A stretch of DNA of 59,106 nucleotides from Clostridiales bacterium (GTDB taxonomy: Bacteria; Bacillota; Clostridia; Christensenellales; Aristaeellaceae): assembly GCA_004556985.1 (NCBI GenBank), contig SFFC01000003.1, positions 1 to 59,106 on the forward strand, written 5' to 3'. Positions 25,391 to 34,722 of this stretch are shown one piece after another (the first letter of the stretch is position 1; every line of letters begins with the position of its first letter). The notes beneath the pieces were generated by a model. The model had not been told where the DNA came from and made no database searches. It saw nothing but the letters and a program-made list of their open reading frames with translations. A program made the position numbers and the translations under genes.

Positions 25391-27346
25391 ATGGAGAATC
25401 AGGCGATCGGGTTTTATCGGTATCATACCGTCATCGTGGGCAGCGGCGCCGCGGGCTACAACGCCGCGCTGCGGCTGTACGAGATGGGCCAGAGGAATAT
25501 CGCGATTGTGACCGAAGGGAAGAACCTGGGCACCTCGCGCAACACGGGCTCGGACAAGCAGACCTATTACAAGCTCTCTCTGGGCGGGAGGGAGCGCGAC
25601 AGCGTGGAGGCGATGGCCCGGACGCTGTTCGAGGGCGGCTGCGTGGACGGGGACATCGCCTATGCGGAGGCCGCAGGCTCCGTGCGCTCGTTCTTCCATC
25701 TGGTTGAGCTGGGCGTGCCGTTTCCCACCAACGAATGCGGCGAGTATGTCGGCTACAAGACGGATCACGACCCTCTGAGCCGGGGCACGTCCGCGGGGCC
25801 GTATACCTCCAAATACATGACGCAGGCCCTGGAAAAGCGGGCGCAGGCATACGGCATCCCCATCCATGACCGGCACCTGGCGGTCAAGCTCCTCACGTCG
25901 GACGGCGGAAAGCGCGCCTGCGGCGTGATGACGCTCGATCAGAGCCGGCAAGGCTTCTGCGTTTTCGCCGCGCAGAACGTCATCTGGGCGACGGGCGGCG
26001 AGGCGGGCATGTACAAATCCAGCGTCTATCCGTATGGGCAGAGCGGCGGAAGCGGCGTGCTCTTTGAGGCGGGCGCGCTGGGCAAGAACCTGACCGAGTC
26101 CCAGTACGGCATCGCGTCCACGCGCTTTCGCTGGAACCTGTCGGGCTCCTTCCAGCAGGCGCTGCCCCGCTATCTCTCGGCCAACCCGGACGGGAGCGAC
26201 GAGCGAGAATTCCTGATGGATACCTTTCAAAGCGCGCAGAAGATGATCAACGCGGTCTTCCTCAAGGGTTATCAGTGGCCGTTTGATCCGCGCAAGATCG
26301 AGGGCGAGGGCTCCTCGCTGATCGATGTCCTGATCTATCAGGAGGAATTCATCAAGGGGCGTCGAATCTATATAGACTACACCCGGAACCCCGCGGTGCT
26401 GGAGCCGGCGGGGAAGGTCGATTTTTCGATTCTCTCGCAGGAGGCGGAGGAATACCTGCGCAACTGCCATGCCCTGCTGGAGACGCCGTTTGAACGCCTT
26501 CGGGCAATCAATCCGGCGGCCATTCAGGTGTATCTGGATCATGGAATCGATCTGTCGGCGGACAGGGTCGAGATTTCGGTCTGCGCGCAGCACAACAACG
26601 GCGGCATCGCGGCCGACTGCTGGTGGGAGAGCGGGATCAGCCATCTGTTCCCTGTGGGCGAAGTCAACGGGAGCCACGGCGTCTATCGCCCGGGCGGCTC
26701 GGCGCTCAACGCCGGCCAGGTCGGCGGCCTGCGCGCCGCCGAGCGGATCACCCACAGGGACGACGGGCAGGCGCCGGAAAGGGAAGAATTCCTCTCGCTT
26801 CATGAGGCGGAAATTGCGCAGGTGCTCCGCTTTGCACAGGGCGCCGCAGCGCCCGGGCCGGCGATCGACGTCGCGCAGGAGCTTGACGCCCTCCGCCGGA
26901 GGATGTCGCGCTTTGGCGCGTTTATCCGCTCGGAGCAGGGCGCGGAGGAGGCGCTGCGGGAAAACCGCCGCCAGTGGAGCCGGCTGAAGGACAGCCATGC
27001 GCTCTCCGACCTCCGCCTGCTGCCGGCGCTCTTCCGGCTCAGGGATCTGCTGACGGCGCAGTACGTCTACCTGGAGGCCATCGCGGATTATATCCGGCAT
27101 TCGGGCGTCTCCCGCAGCTCCTACCTGATCCATGATCCGCAGGGCGAGCTGCCCCACGAGGGGATTGACGAGTGCTTCCGCAGCAGCGCGGGCAGGCCCG
27201 AAAACGGGATGATCCAGGAGATCCGCTACCGGGCGGAGACGGAAACCTGCGAGACTGCGTGGAGGCCCGTACGGCCGATGCCGCAGCCTGAGCAATGGTT
27301 TGAAAGGGCCTGGCGGAAATTCAAGGCCGGCGAGTTCTATCGCTGA
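25391..27346 (+). CDS. FAD-binding oxidoreductase of the succinate dehydrogenase/fumarate reductase/aspartate oxidase flavoprotein superfamily, function unknown
   Basis: ORF 25262..27346. Dinucleotide motif VIVGSGAAGYNAALRL, and GEVNGSHGVYRPGGSALNAGQVGG near the C-terminal FAD segment. ATG 25391 has a GGAG RBS. ATG 25379, which overlaps the SDR stop as TGATG, is the alternative start. Confidence 0.8.
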   Translation: MENQAIGFYRYHTVIVGSGAAGYNAALRLYEMGQRNIAIVTEGKNLGTSRNTGSDKQTYYKLSLGGRERDSVEAMARTLFEGGCVDGDIAYAEAAGSVRSFFHLVELGVPFPTNECGEYVGYKTDHDPLSRGTSAGPYTSKYMTQALEKRAQAYGIPIHDRHLAVKLLTSDGGKRACGVMTLDQSRQGFCVFAAQNVIWATGGEAGMYKSSVYPYGQSGGSGVLFEAGALGKNLTESQYGIASTRFRWNLSGSFQQALPRYLSANPDGSDEREFLMDTFQSAQKMINAVFLKGYQWPFDPRKIEGEGSSLIDVLIYQEEFIKGRRIYIDYTRNPAVLEPAGKVDFSILSQEAEEYLRNCHALLETPFERLRAINPAAIQVYLDHGIDLSADRVEISVCAQHNNGGIAADCWWESGISHLFPVGEVNGSHGVYRPGGSALNAGQVGGLRAAERITHRDDGQAPEREEFLSLHEAEIAQVLRFAQGAAAPGPAIDVAQELDALRRRMSRFGAFIRSEQGAEEALRENRRQWSRLKDSHALSDLRLLPALFRLRDLLTAQYVYLEAIADYIRHSGVSRSSYLIHDPQGELPHEGIDECFRSSAGRPENGMIQEIRYRAETETCETAWRPVRPMPQPEQWFERAWRKFKAGEFYR

Positions 27347-27389
27347 GCAGGAGAAGCCGCCCGGAGCCTGAAGCAGAGGGATGGGAAAT

Positions 27390-28391
27390 ATGGCGGGAAT
27401 CAAGGATGTTGCGCAGCTGTCCGGCGTGTCGCCGAGCACGGTCTCCAGAACGCTGACGGGCAGCGCGTTCGTCGAGCCGGAGACGAGGCAGAGGGTCATG
27501 CAGGCCGTCAGGGAGCTGAATTACAAGCCGAACATGGCGGCGCGGAACCTCAAGGCGGGGGGATCGAGGATGATCGGCCTGATCATCCCGGACATCGTGA
27601 ACCCGTATTATCCGCAGATCGTCAAGACGCTGGAGGATCTGGCGGTGCAGGAGGGCTATTCGCTTCTTTTCTGCGATGCGCAGGGCGACTTTGAGCGGGA
27701 AAAAAAGTATTTTGAGACGTTCCGCACGCTCTGTGTCGATGGCATTCTCTATGTGCCCTCGACGGAGAGCGTGGAATGCGCCTACCCGTATACGGACAGC
27801 ATCCCCATGGTCATCATCAACAGGACGTTTGACATCAACGCGCCCTGCATCAACATCAACGACGAAGAGGCGACGCAGCATGCCGTCCGGTATCTGCTGG
27901 GCAAGGGACACAGCAAAATCGCGCTCTTTTCCAACAACACCCAGCGGCAGTACAACAGCAAGCGCATGCGCGGCTGCGAGCTCGCGTTTCAGGAGGCGGG
28001 CAACGAGATCTACAAGCGCTACCTCGTCAAGGATCTGGTCAACGAGGAGGATATCTACCGGCGGACCGTGGAGCTTCTGCGCCGGGAGGATCGCCCGACG
28101 GCCATTCTCATGTTCAACGATAACATGGCCATGTGCGTGTACCGCGCGGTCTTCGACTGCGGGCTGCGCATCCCGGACGACATCTCCGTCATGGGCTTTG
28201 ACGACATCCCGACGGCCAAGTACATGTCTCCGCCGCTGACCACCATGCGCCATGCGACCTACGACACGCTGAAAATCATCTTCAACAACCTGATGTATCA
28301 AATCAAGACTCGGGATTTCGGGAAGGGGTCGACCACCTATTACAAGGCGACGCTCGTGGAGCGCGACTCCGTCCGGAACATCCGGGGCTGA
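27390..28391 (+). CDS. LacI family transcriptional regulator
   Basis: ORF 27381..28391. HTH IKDVAQLSGVSPSTVSRTLTG plus a periplasmic-binding-fold body. ATG 27390 is preferred because of AGAGGG spacing. Confidence 0.9.
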   Translation: MAGIKDVAQLSGVSPSTVSRTLTGSAFVEPETRQRVMQAVRELNYKPNMAARNLKAGGSRMIGLIIPDIVNPYYPQIVKTLEDLAVQEGYSLLFCDAQGDFEREKKYFETFRTLCVDGILYVPSTESVECAYPYTDSIPMVIINRTFDINAPCININDEEATQHAVRYLLGKGHSKIALFSNNTQRQYNSKRMRGCELAFQEAGNEIYKRYLVKDLVNEEDIYRRTVELLRREDRPTAILMFNDNMAMCVYRAVFDCGLRIPDDISVMGFDDIPTAKYMSPPLTTMRHATYDTLKIIFNNLMYQIKTRDFGKGSTTYYKATLVERDSVRNIRG

Positions 28392-28410
28392 CCAGCGAAA
28401 GGAAAAAGGC

Positions 28411-28791
28411 ATGAACAAGGTCAATATCTTCGACGACATCGAGGGCGTCGAGTTTCCCGCCGGCCGCCGCACCCGCATGGTGATCGGCGAAAACGGCGCG
28501 ATTCCGGGAGAGAAATTCTGCCAGGGCTATGTGGTCGTCTATCCGGACGGCCGGGTTCCGGCGCACGAGCATGAGACCGTCGAATCCTACACGATCCTGC
28601 GCGGCAGCGGGGAGATGACGGTCGACGGCGAGACGACGCCCGTGCGGGAGGGAGACTGCGTGTTCATTCCCTCGGGCAAGAGCCATGCGCTGCACAATAC
28701 AGGAAGCGTAGATATGCACATGATGTATGTGTATGCGCCGAGCATGGTCGTGGATCACTGGGCGAAGGAGCAGAGCGGCGAGCTGAAATGA
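28411..28791 (+). CDS. Cupin domain protein
   Basis: Cupin motifs PAHEHETVESYTILRGSG and GDCVFIPSGKSHALHNTG. Confidence 0.8.
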   Translation: MNKVNIFDDIEGVEFPAGRRTRMVIGENGAIPGEKFCQGYVVVYPDGRVPAHEHETVESYTILRGSGEMTVDGETTPVREGDCVFIPSGKSHALHNTGSVDMHMMYVYAPSMVVDHWAKEQSGELK

Positions 28792-28822
28792 GGCCGGCGC
28801 CATCGCAAAACATGAAAAAAGG

Positions 28823-28880
28823 GGCCGCCGCACGGCTGCCCTCTCGCGGAAGGCGGGGGGCCGTGCGGCGGCCTGCTGTT
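28823..28880. terminator. Bidirectional hairpin terminator between convergent genes
   Basis: 13-bp perfect stem GGCCGCCGCACGG / CCGTGCGGCGGCC, preceded by AAAAAA and followed by TGCTGTTT. Confidence 0.55.
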
Positions 28881-28884
28881 TGGC

Positions 28885-29805
28885 TCAGGGAAGCGAGCGG
28901 TAGATCTCGCTGACGACGCGCAGCGCCTGCGTGCCGCGCAGGTTGTAGCCGCAGTCCCGTTCGGCAGCGGGGCGGGCCTGCCAGTCCCAGAAGGCAAAGC
29001 CCCCGACCCAGCTGCGCCGCAGCGCGCTGTCAAACATCGCGCGATACCAGGCGGCCTGCTCCTGCGGGGCGAAGGCGTCGGAAAGCGTCCAGTCGTTCGG
29101 GCGCAGGGAGGAGCCCTGCGCGGCCATGCAGCCCAGCTCTGCAAAGAAAAAGGGCTTGCCATAGCGCTGCACGACGCGCTCGATGCGGTCGAGCTGCGCT
29201 TCCCAGTCGCCGATGGGGTAGTAGCCGCTGGAGGCGATGACGTCGACGCAGTCCCACCAGGTGACGCGGTCCTCCTGGTATTTGTCGCAGTTGTAGCCGA
29301 TGGGGCCGGGATAGACGGCGCGCAGGCGGGCGATTAGCGCGCGCCATTCGGTCTCGCGATGCTCGGACATGACCATCTCGCAGCCGGGGAGGAGCATCTC
29401 GCAGCCCTCGTCCGCGGCGATGCGGGCGTAGTGCAGCTGGAAGTCCGTATAGGAGGCAAACCAGCGGCTCCAGGCGGGCTCGCCGGGTACATCCTCGTCA
29501 AAGAAGCTGATGTAGGCGCGCCAGGTGCCGTCAAGGCAGTTGACCGTGGGCTTGAGGAGGACGCGGATGCCCCGCGCGTGCAGCCGTCGGATGACGGCGA
29601 TGAGCTCCGCGTCGGTCATGGTATGCGCGGAGGTAAAGGAAACCGTCTCGCTGTGCGCGGTTTTCTGGACGCCGCCCGGCGAGAGGATGACGGTGTTGGG
29701 GGCCATATCGGAAAGCAGCGCGTCGAGGCTCTCCGCCGCTTCGGGCGTGGACAGCGCGCCGCGCGGCGCGAAGGGGGCAAAGTTGATGCCTTTGATCAGG
29801 TCCAT
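28885..29805 (-). CDS. Glycoside hydrolase, GH113-like beta-mannanase/mannosidase (clan GH-A TIM barrel)
   Basis: ORF 28885..29874 trimmed to ATG 29805 (GGAGG 5 nt upstream). No signal peptide. Sequence pattern (GINFAPF.., RVLLKPTVN, FFFAELGC) and its position beside a mannan locus suggest GH113. The family call is from memory. Confidence 0.7.
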   Translation of the reverse strand: MDLIKGINFAPFAPRGALSTPEAAESLDALLSDMAPNTVILSPGGVQKTAHSETVSFTSAHTMTDAELIAVIRRLHARGIRVLLKPTVNCLDGTWRAYISFFDEDVPGEPAWSRWFASYTDFQLHYARIAADEGCEMLLPGCEMVMSEHRETEWRALIARLRAVYPGPIGYNCDKYQEDRVTWWDCVDVIASSGYYPIGDWEAQLDRIERVVQRYGKPFFFAELGCMAAQGSSLRPNDWTLSDAFAPQEQAAWYRAMFDSALRRSWVGGFAFWDWQARPAAERDCGYNLRGTQALRVVSEIYRSLP

Positions 29806-29845
29806 AAAAACCTCCATGAAACAGGATGGAATGCGCGGTGCATTG

Positions 29846-29874
29846 AGTATAGGTAAGAAAGCTGCGCATGTCAA
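29846..29874 (-). promoter_or_regulatory. Promoter of the GH113 gene
   Basis: On the minus strand: TTGACA (29874-29869), 17-nt spacer, TATACT (29851-29846). Confidence 0.55.
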
Positions 29875-30020
29875 GCGATTTACTTAAAAGAACACGTTTA
29901 TTAAAGTAAATTCTGCGCGCGGCGCATCAGGAAGAAGGCGGGGAGAAAGGGAAATCCGTTGCTTTACGTTGTGCAGGGAATATGGTACAATAAAGGGAAG
30001 GAAAACGGGAGGCACGAGGA

Positions 30021-31046
30021 ATGAAAAAAGGCGTAACCATGCGGGAGATCGGTGCGGCGCTGGGCGTGAGCACGGTGACGATCTCCAAGGCGCTCGGCGG
30101 CAAGGAAGGCGTGAGCGACGCTGTCCGGGAGAAGATCATCAAAACGGCGCAGCAGATGGGCTATCACTATGTGCCGCCGGCAGGCGCCAATGCAGAGCGT
30201 GAGCGGCAGGACGAGATCGTCGGTATCCTGACCCCGGACCGGTTTTTCAGCGCGACGTCGTTCTATGCCTCCCTCTATAAAGAGGTGCTCCGGCAGATGG
30301 TTGAGGTCGGCATGCTCGGCATGCTGGAGATCGTCACCTCGGAGCAGGAGCGGACGCTGACGCCGCCGGTGACCGTCGCCGGCAGGCGGGTGACCTCGCT
30401 GATGCTCATGGGCCAGTTTGACCCCGCCTATGTCGAGATGATCATGGAGGCGGGGCTGCCGACCGTGCTGCTGGACTTTTACTGCGACGGGCCGGATGCC
30501 GACGCGATCGTCAGCGACAGCCTCAGCGGCTGCTATCAGCTCACGCGCCACCTGATCGAGCGCGGGCACAGGGACATTGGCTTCGTCGGCTCCGTGCAGT
30601 GCACGACGAGCATCATGGAGCGGTACAGCGGCTACATGCGCGCGATGATGTTCGAGGGTTTGCCGATGCGCCCGGAATGGCTGATTGAGGATCGCGATGC
30701 CGAGCTGAAATACCTGCCGCAGTTTGAGCTGCCGGAGCAGATGCCCACGGCGTTCGTCTGCGAGAACGACGAGATCGCGATGCGGCTGATCGCGCAGCTG
30801 GAGAAGCGCGGGCTGCGCGTGCCGCAGGACATCTCTGTGACCGGCTTTGACAACTTCATCTTCGCGACGCTCAGCTCGCCCGCGCTGACGACCTATTCGG
30901 TCGACCTGGGGAGGATGGCGCAGGTGGCGATCCGGCGGCTGAAGAGCCGGATCAGCGACGGCTCCGAGGGGCCGCTGCGCACCATCGTTGGCGGATGGGT
31001 GGTGGAGCGCGATTCCACGCGGGACCTGCGGGCGGAAGCAAACTGA
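30021..31046 (+). CDS. LacI family transcriptional regulator (mannan locus)
   Basis: HTH VTMREIGAALGVSTVTISKALGG plus a sugar-binding body. Confidence 0.9.
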   Translation: MKKGVTMREIGAALGVSTVTISKALGGKEGVSDAVREKIIKTAQQMGYHYVPPAGANAERERQDEIVGILTPDRFFSATSFYASLYKEVLRQMVEVGMLGMLEIVTSEQERTLTPPVTVAGRRVTSLMLMGQFDPAYVEMIMEAGLPTVLLDFYCDGPDADAIVSDSLSGCYQLTRHLIERGHRDIGFVGSVQCTTSIMERYSGYMRAMMFEGLPMRPEWLIEDRDAELKYLPQFELPEQMPTAFVCENDEIAMRLIAQLEKRGLRVPQDISVTGFDNFIFATLSSPALTTYSVDLGRMAQVAIRRLKSRISDGSEGPLRTIVGGWVVERDSTRDLRAEAN

Positions 31047-31261
31047 ACACGGCGCAAGGAAACGGAGCGGTTTGAGTCCTGACGAGGTGGAGCCGTTCCG
31101 TTTTTGTATTCACTTCAATCAATCTGTAAGTTAAGTAAATTTCTGAACAAAAACAGGGAAGAGCTGAGCGGTTTCTCCGAAATTGGTTTGACGATTTCGC
31201 CGAATGGTCCGACGTCTGACGAAAAATGAGAAAATAAATTGAACAGAATGCAAAGTTACTA

Positions 31262-31290
31262 TTGACGTTTTTAACTTAACGATATATAAT
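31262..31290 (+). promoter_or_regulatory. Promoter of the mannooligosaccharide ABC/GH130 operon
   Basis: TTGACG (31262-31267), 17-nt spacer, TATAAT (31285-31290). Confidence 0.65.
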
Positions 31291-31342
31291 TCGATCAGCT
31301 AAAACGTTAAGCTACGACCCAACAAAAAAGGAGGAACCAGTC

Positions 31343-32674
31343 ATGAAGAAAACCCTGTCCATGCTCCTGTGCGTGCTGCTGATCGCCGTGGCAGCGATCG
31401 CCAGCGCCGAGCTCCCCCGCTACCTGGATCTCAAGGTGGGCGAGGACTACACCGACATCAAGGCCGACCTGATGATCCTCAATCATCGCACCGACCTGGC
31501 CGACACGAAGTACCCGGAGTACATCGCCGCCTTCACCTCGCTGTATCCGAACGTTACGATCAAGTTCGACACGATCACGACATACGCGGATGACGCGCTG
31601 ACCCGCCTGACCGGCGGCAACTGGGGCGACATCATGATGATCCCGGCGCTGGACAAGGACGAGCTGCCGACCTACTTCATCCCCTTCGGCACGAAGGAGG
31701 AGATGATGGAGGTCTACAACTTCGCCGACCAGTGGGTGTGGGACGATCTGACCTACGGCGTCCCCTCCACGGGCAACGCGCAGGGCATCGTCTACAACAA
31801 GAAGGTCTTTGAGCAGGCCGGCATCACCGAGCTGCCCAAGACGCCGGAGGCGTTCATCGCCGCGCTGCAGGCGATCAAGGACAACACCGACGCCATCCCG
31901 CTCTACACCAACTACGCCGCCGGCTGGACGATGGGCGCCTGGGACGCCTACATCGGCGCCTCCTGCAACGGCACGGGCGACTTTACCAACCGCATCATGC
32001 TGCACCAGAAGAATCCCTTCTCCGACCGCGGCGACGGCACCGGCCCCTACGCGATGTACAAGGTCCTCTATGACGCGGCGGCGCTGCACCTGATCGAGGA
32101 CGACTACACCACCACCGACTGGGAAGGCTGCAAGGGCATGATCAACCAGGGCAAGATCGGCTGCATGGTGCTCGGTTCCTGGGCGTACCCGCAGATGGTC
32201 GAGGCTGGCCCGAACGGCGACGACATCGGCTACATGTCCTTCCCGATCACCGTGAACGGCCAGCAGTATGCCTCTGCCGGCGCGGACTACTCCTTCGGCA
32301 TCAACAAGAACAGCTCTGAGGACGACCAGATCGCCGCGATGCTCTTCGTCAAGTGGTTCACCGAGGAGAGCGGCTTCGCCTACAGCGAGGGCGGCCTCCC
32401 GATCGAAAAGAAGGGCGAGTATCCGGCGGTGTACGCTGCGTTTGAGGGCATCGAGTTCATTCCGGATACCCCGGCCGTGGCGGGCGAGGAGACTCTGCTC
32501 AACGACATGAACGCGGAGACCGAGCTGCGCTTCAACGCGGGCGGCGACGCGAAGATTCAGGAGATCATCGAGCACGGCTTCAACGGCACCAAGACCTTTG
32601 ACGAGATCATGGAGGACTGGAACGAGCGCTGGACCGACGCGCAGGATTACCTCGGCGTTGAGGTCAACCAGTAA
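31343..32674 (+). CDS. ABC transporter substrate-binding protein (CUT1 family; mannooligosaccharide-binding by context)
   Basis: AAAGGAGG RBS. Signal peptide MKKTLSMLLCVLLIAVAAIASA. Family-1 solute-binding protein body. Confidence 0.85.
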   Translation: MKKTLSMLLCVLLIAVAAIASAELPRYLDLKVGEDYTDIKADLMILNHRTDLADTKYPEYIAAFTSLYPNVTIKFDTITTYADDALTRLTGGNWGDIMMIPALDKDELPTYFIPFGTKEEMMEVYNFADQWVWDDLTYGVPSTGNAQGIVYNKKVFEQAGITELPKTPEAFIAALQAIKDNTDAIPLYTNYAAGWTMGAWDAYIGASCNGTGDFTNRIMLHQKNPFSDRGDGTGPYAMYKVLYDAAALHLIEDDYTTTDWEGCKGMINQGKIGCMVLGSWAYPQMVEAGPNGDDIGYMSFPITVNGQQYASAGADYSFGINKNSSEDDQIAAMLFVKWFTEESGFAYSEGGLPIEKKGEYPAVYAAFEGIEFIPDTPAVAGEETLLNDMNAETELRFNAGGDAKIQEIIEHGFNGTKTFDEIMEDWNERWTDAQDYLGVEVNQ

Positions 32675-32765
32675 AGCCCGCTCAGACACACATGAAACGG
32701 GGGAGTCGGGAGGACGCAGCGTCCTTCCCTCTCCCCTTGCTTTGTCAAGAAGGGAGAGTGCATGT

Positions 32766-33761
32766 ATGACTCAATCCATAACGGCAAAAGGAAACAAGCC
32801 GAAGCTCAGCTTTCGCGACTGGTTTGCGCTGCCGCGCGTGCAGAAGTGGTTCGTCATCGTCGCCTTTGCCATCGTTCCGCTGCTTCTGCTGCTGGTATTC
32901 ACCTATATCCCGTTCGGCAAGATGATCGAATACAGCCTCTATGACAGAAGCTATACCAAGGTTCGCGCCTTCGTGGGCCTGAAGAACTACATCCGCATCT
33001 TCACGAAGAAAGACTACTTCGACGCGATGTTCCTGTCTGTCTACTACATGGGAGGCGCACTCGTCCAGCTTGCGCTGGCGCTGTACTTTGCTACCCTGCT
33101 CAGCTTCAAGACGCGGGCCGGCAACTTCTTCAAGGGGACGATCTTCTTTCCCTTCCTCATCAATGGTATTGCCATTGGCTTCATCTTCAAGTTCTTCTAT
33201 ACCCGCGGCTTCGTGCTGGACACGGTGCTGCAGGCGCTGGGCATCCCGCTGGAGTCGCTGCCCTACTGGCTGCGCGACCAGAGCATCAACAACATCTCCC
33301 TGGTGGCGACCTCGGTGTGGCGCTACACGGGGCAGAACATGGTCATGTTCATCGGCGCGATCATGTCCGTCGACCCGACGCTCTACGAGGCGGCGCAGAT
33401 CGACGGCGCGAACCGCTGGAAGCAGTTCCTCTACATCATCCTGCCCTCGATCAAGACCATCGTGATGCTCAACGTCATCCTCTCGATCACGGGCTCGCTC
33501 TCCGCGTTTGAGCCGCCGTATGTCATTATGGGCGGCGGCGCCTCCGGCACAGCGACCTACTTCATCAAGATGCATCAGGCCGCGCACATCGACCAGAAGG
33601 TCGGCATGGCCTGCGCGATGGCCGTCGTGCTGATGGTGATCATCATCATCGCGACGATTCTGCAGAAGCTCTTCTTCCGCTATGTTCTCAAGGAGGGCGT
33701 GGATGACGCCGCGCCGGTCAAAAAGAAGAAGAAAAAGGCCGCTGCCGCGGCCCGCGCGTAA
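32766..33761 (+). CDS. Sugar ABC transporter permease (MalF-like)
   Basis: ORF 32598..33761 trimmed to ATG 32766. Six TM segments. EAA-type loop YEAAQIDGANRWKQFLYIILP. Confidence 0.85.
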   Translation: MTQSITAKGNKPKLSFRDWFALPRVQKWFVIVAFAIVPLLLLLVFTYIPFGKMIEYSLYDRSYTKVRAFVGLKNYIRIFTKKDYFDAMFLSVYYMGGALVQLALALYFATLLSFKTRAGNFFKGTIFFPFLINGIAIGFIFKFFYTRGFVLDTVLQALGIPLESLPYWLRDQSINNISLVATSVWRYTGQNMVMFIGAIMSVDPTLYEAAQIDGANRWKQFLYIILPSIKTIVMLNVILSITGSLSAFEPPYVIMGGGASGTATYFIKMHQAAHIDQKVGMACAMAVVLMVIIIIATILQKLFFRYVLKEGVDDAAPVKKKKKKAAAAARA

Positions 33762-33773
33762 GGGGGAGCGAGC

Positions 33774-34649
33774 ATGAGCAAGATGGATAAAATCGAGAGC
33801 CTGTCTCCGGCTGAGCGGCTTGCCCGCGCGCTGGCGACGGTCGTCAAGTATTTCTCCCTGCTGCTGGCTGCGTTCATCGCGCTGCTGCCGCTGATCTCCT
33901 GTCTGCTGGTCTCCTTCAAGACCGACGAGGAATATCAGCTCACCCCGGTGATGCAGCTCCCGCAGAACCTGCTGAACCTCGACAACTTCCGCCGCGTCTG
34001 GGTGGACGGCGACATGGGCCGAGCGTTTGCGACGTCGTTCTTCGTGGTCGTGGTGGTGGTGGCGTTCTCCGTGCTGGTCGGCTCCATGCTGGCCTATGTG
34101 CTCAACCGCTTCCGCTTCCCGGGCAATGGGCTGATCCGGAACCTGTTCCTGTTCGCCACGCTGATTCCCGGCATCGCCATGCAGGTGACGATCTACCAGA
34201 TCATGTCCTCGCTGGGCCTGGTCAACTCGCTCATCGGCTACATCATCCTGCAGTGCGGCACGGACGTCATCTCCATCTACATTTTCCTGCAGTTCTTCGA
34301 GAATCTGTCGGTGTCGCTCGACGAATCCGCGATTCTGGACGGCTGCACGTATTTCGGCGTGTTCTTCAAGATTCTGTTCCCGCTGCTGCGCCCGGCGATC
34401 GTCACCGTGATGATTCTCAAGGGCATCGGCGTGTACAACGAATACTACGCCGCCAACCTGTATCTGCAGGACAAGACGCGCTTTGTGACGGTGTCCACGG
34501 CGCTGTACACGTTCACCGGCCCGTTCGGCAACGCCTACAACCTGATCTGCGCCGGCGTCATCCTGACGCTCATTCCGATGCTGGTGATCTTCATCGCCTG
34601 CCAGAAGCAGATTTACAGCGGCCTGGCTGCGGGCTCTGTCAAGGGCTGA
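33774..34649 (+). CDS. Sugar ABC transporter permease (MalG-like)
   Basis: EAA-type loop DESAILDGCTYFGVFFKILFPLLRP. Six TM segments. Confidence 0.85.
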   Translation: MSKMDKIESLSPAERLARALATVVKYFSLLLAAFIALLPLISCLLVSFKTDEEYQLTPVMQLPQNLLNLDNFRRVWVDGDMGRAFATSFFVVVVVVAFSVLVGSMLAYVLNRFRFPGNGLIRNLFLFATLIPGIAMQVTIYQIMSSLGLVNSLIGYIILQCGTDVISIYIFLQFFENLSVSLDESAILDGCTYFGVFFKILFPLLRPAIVTVMILKGIGVYNEYYAANLYLQDKTRFVTVSTALYTFTGPFGNAYNLICAGVILTLIPMLVIFIACQKQIYSGLAAGSVKG

Positions 34650-34722
34650 TCGCATCTCCCTTACGCTCTGCGCGCCCGGAGCGCGCAGAGCTTTTTCAAA
34701 ACACCTATGGAGGTTATTGATC

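Noticed and set aside
31275-31311. Weak inverted repeats CTTAACG..CGTTAAG around the ABC-operon -10, and TGCTTTACGTTGTGCA at 29957-29972, as candidate operators of the mannan LacI.
   Set aside because: They have only partial dyad symmetry (about 10/16 for the second) and no near-identical second copy. They are not convincing without comparative data.
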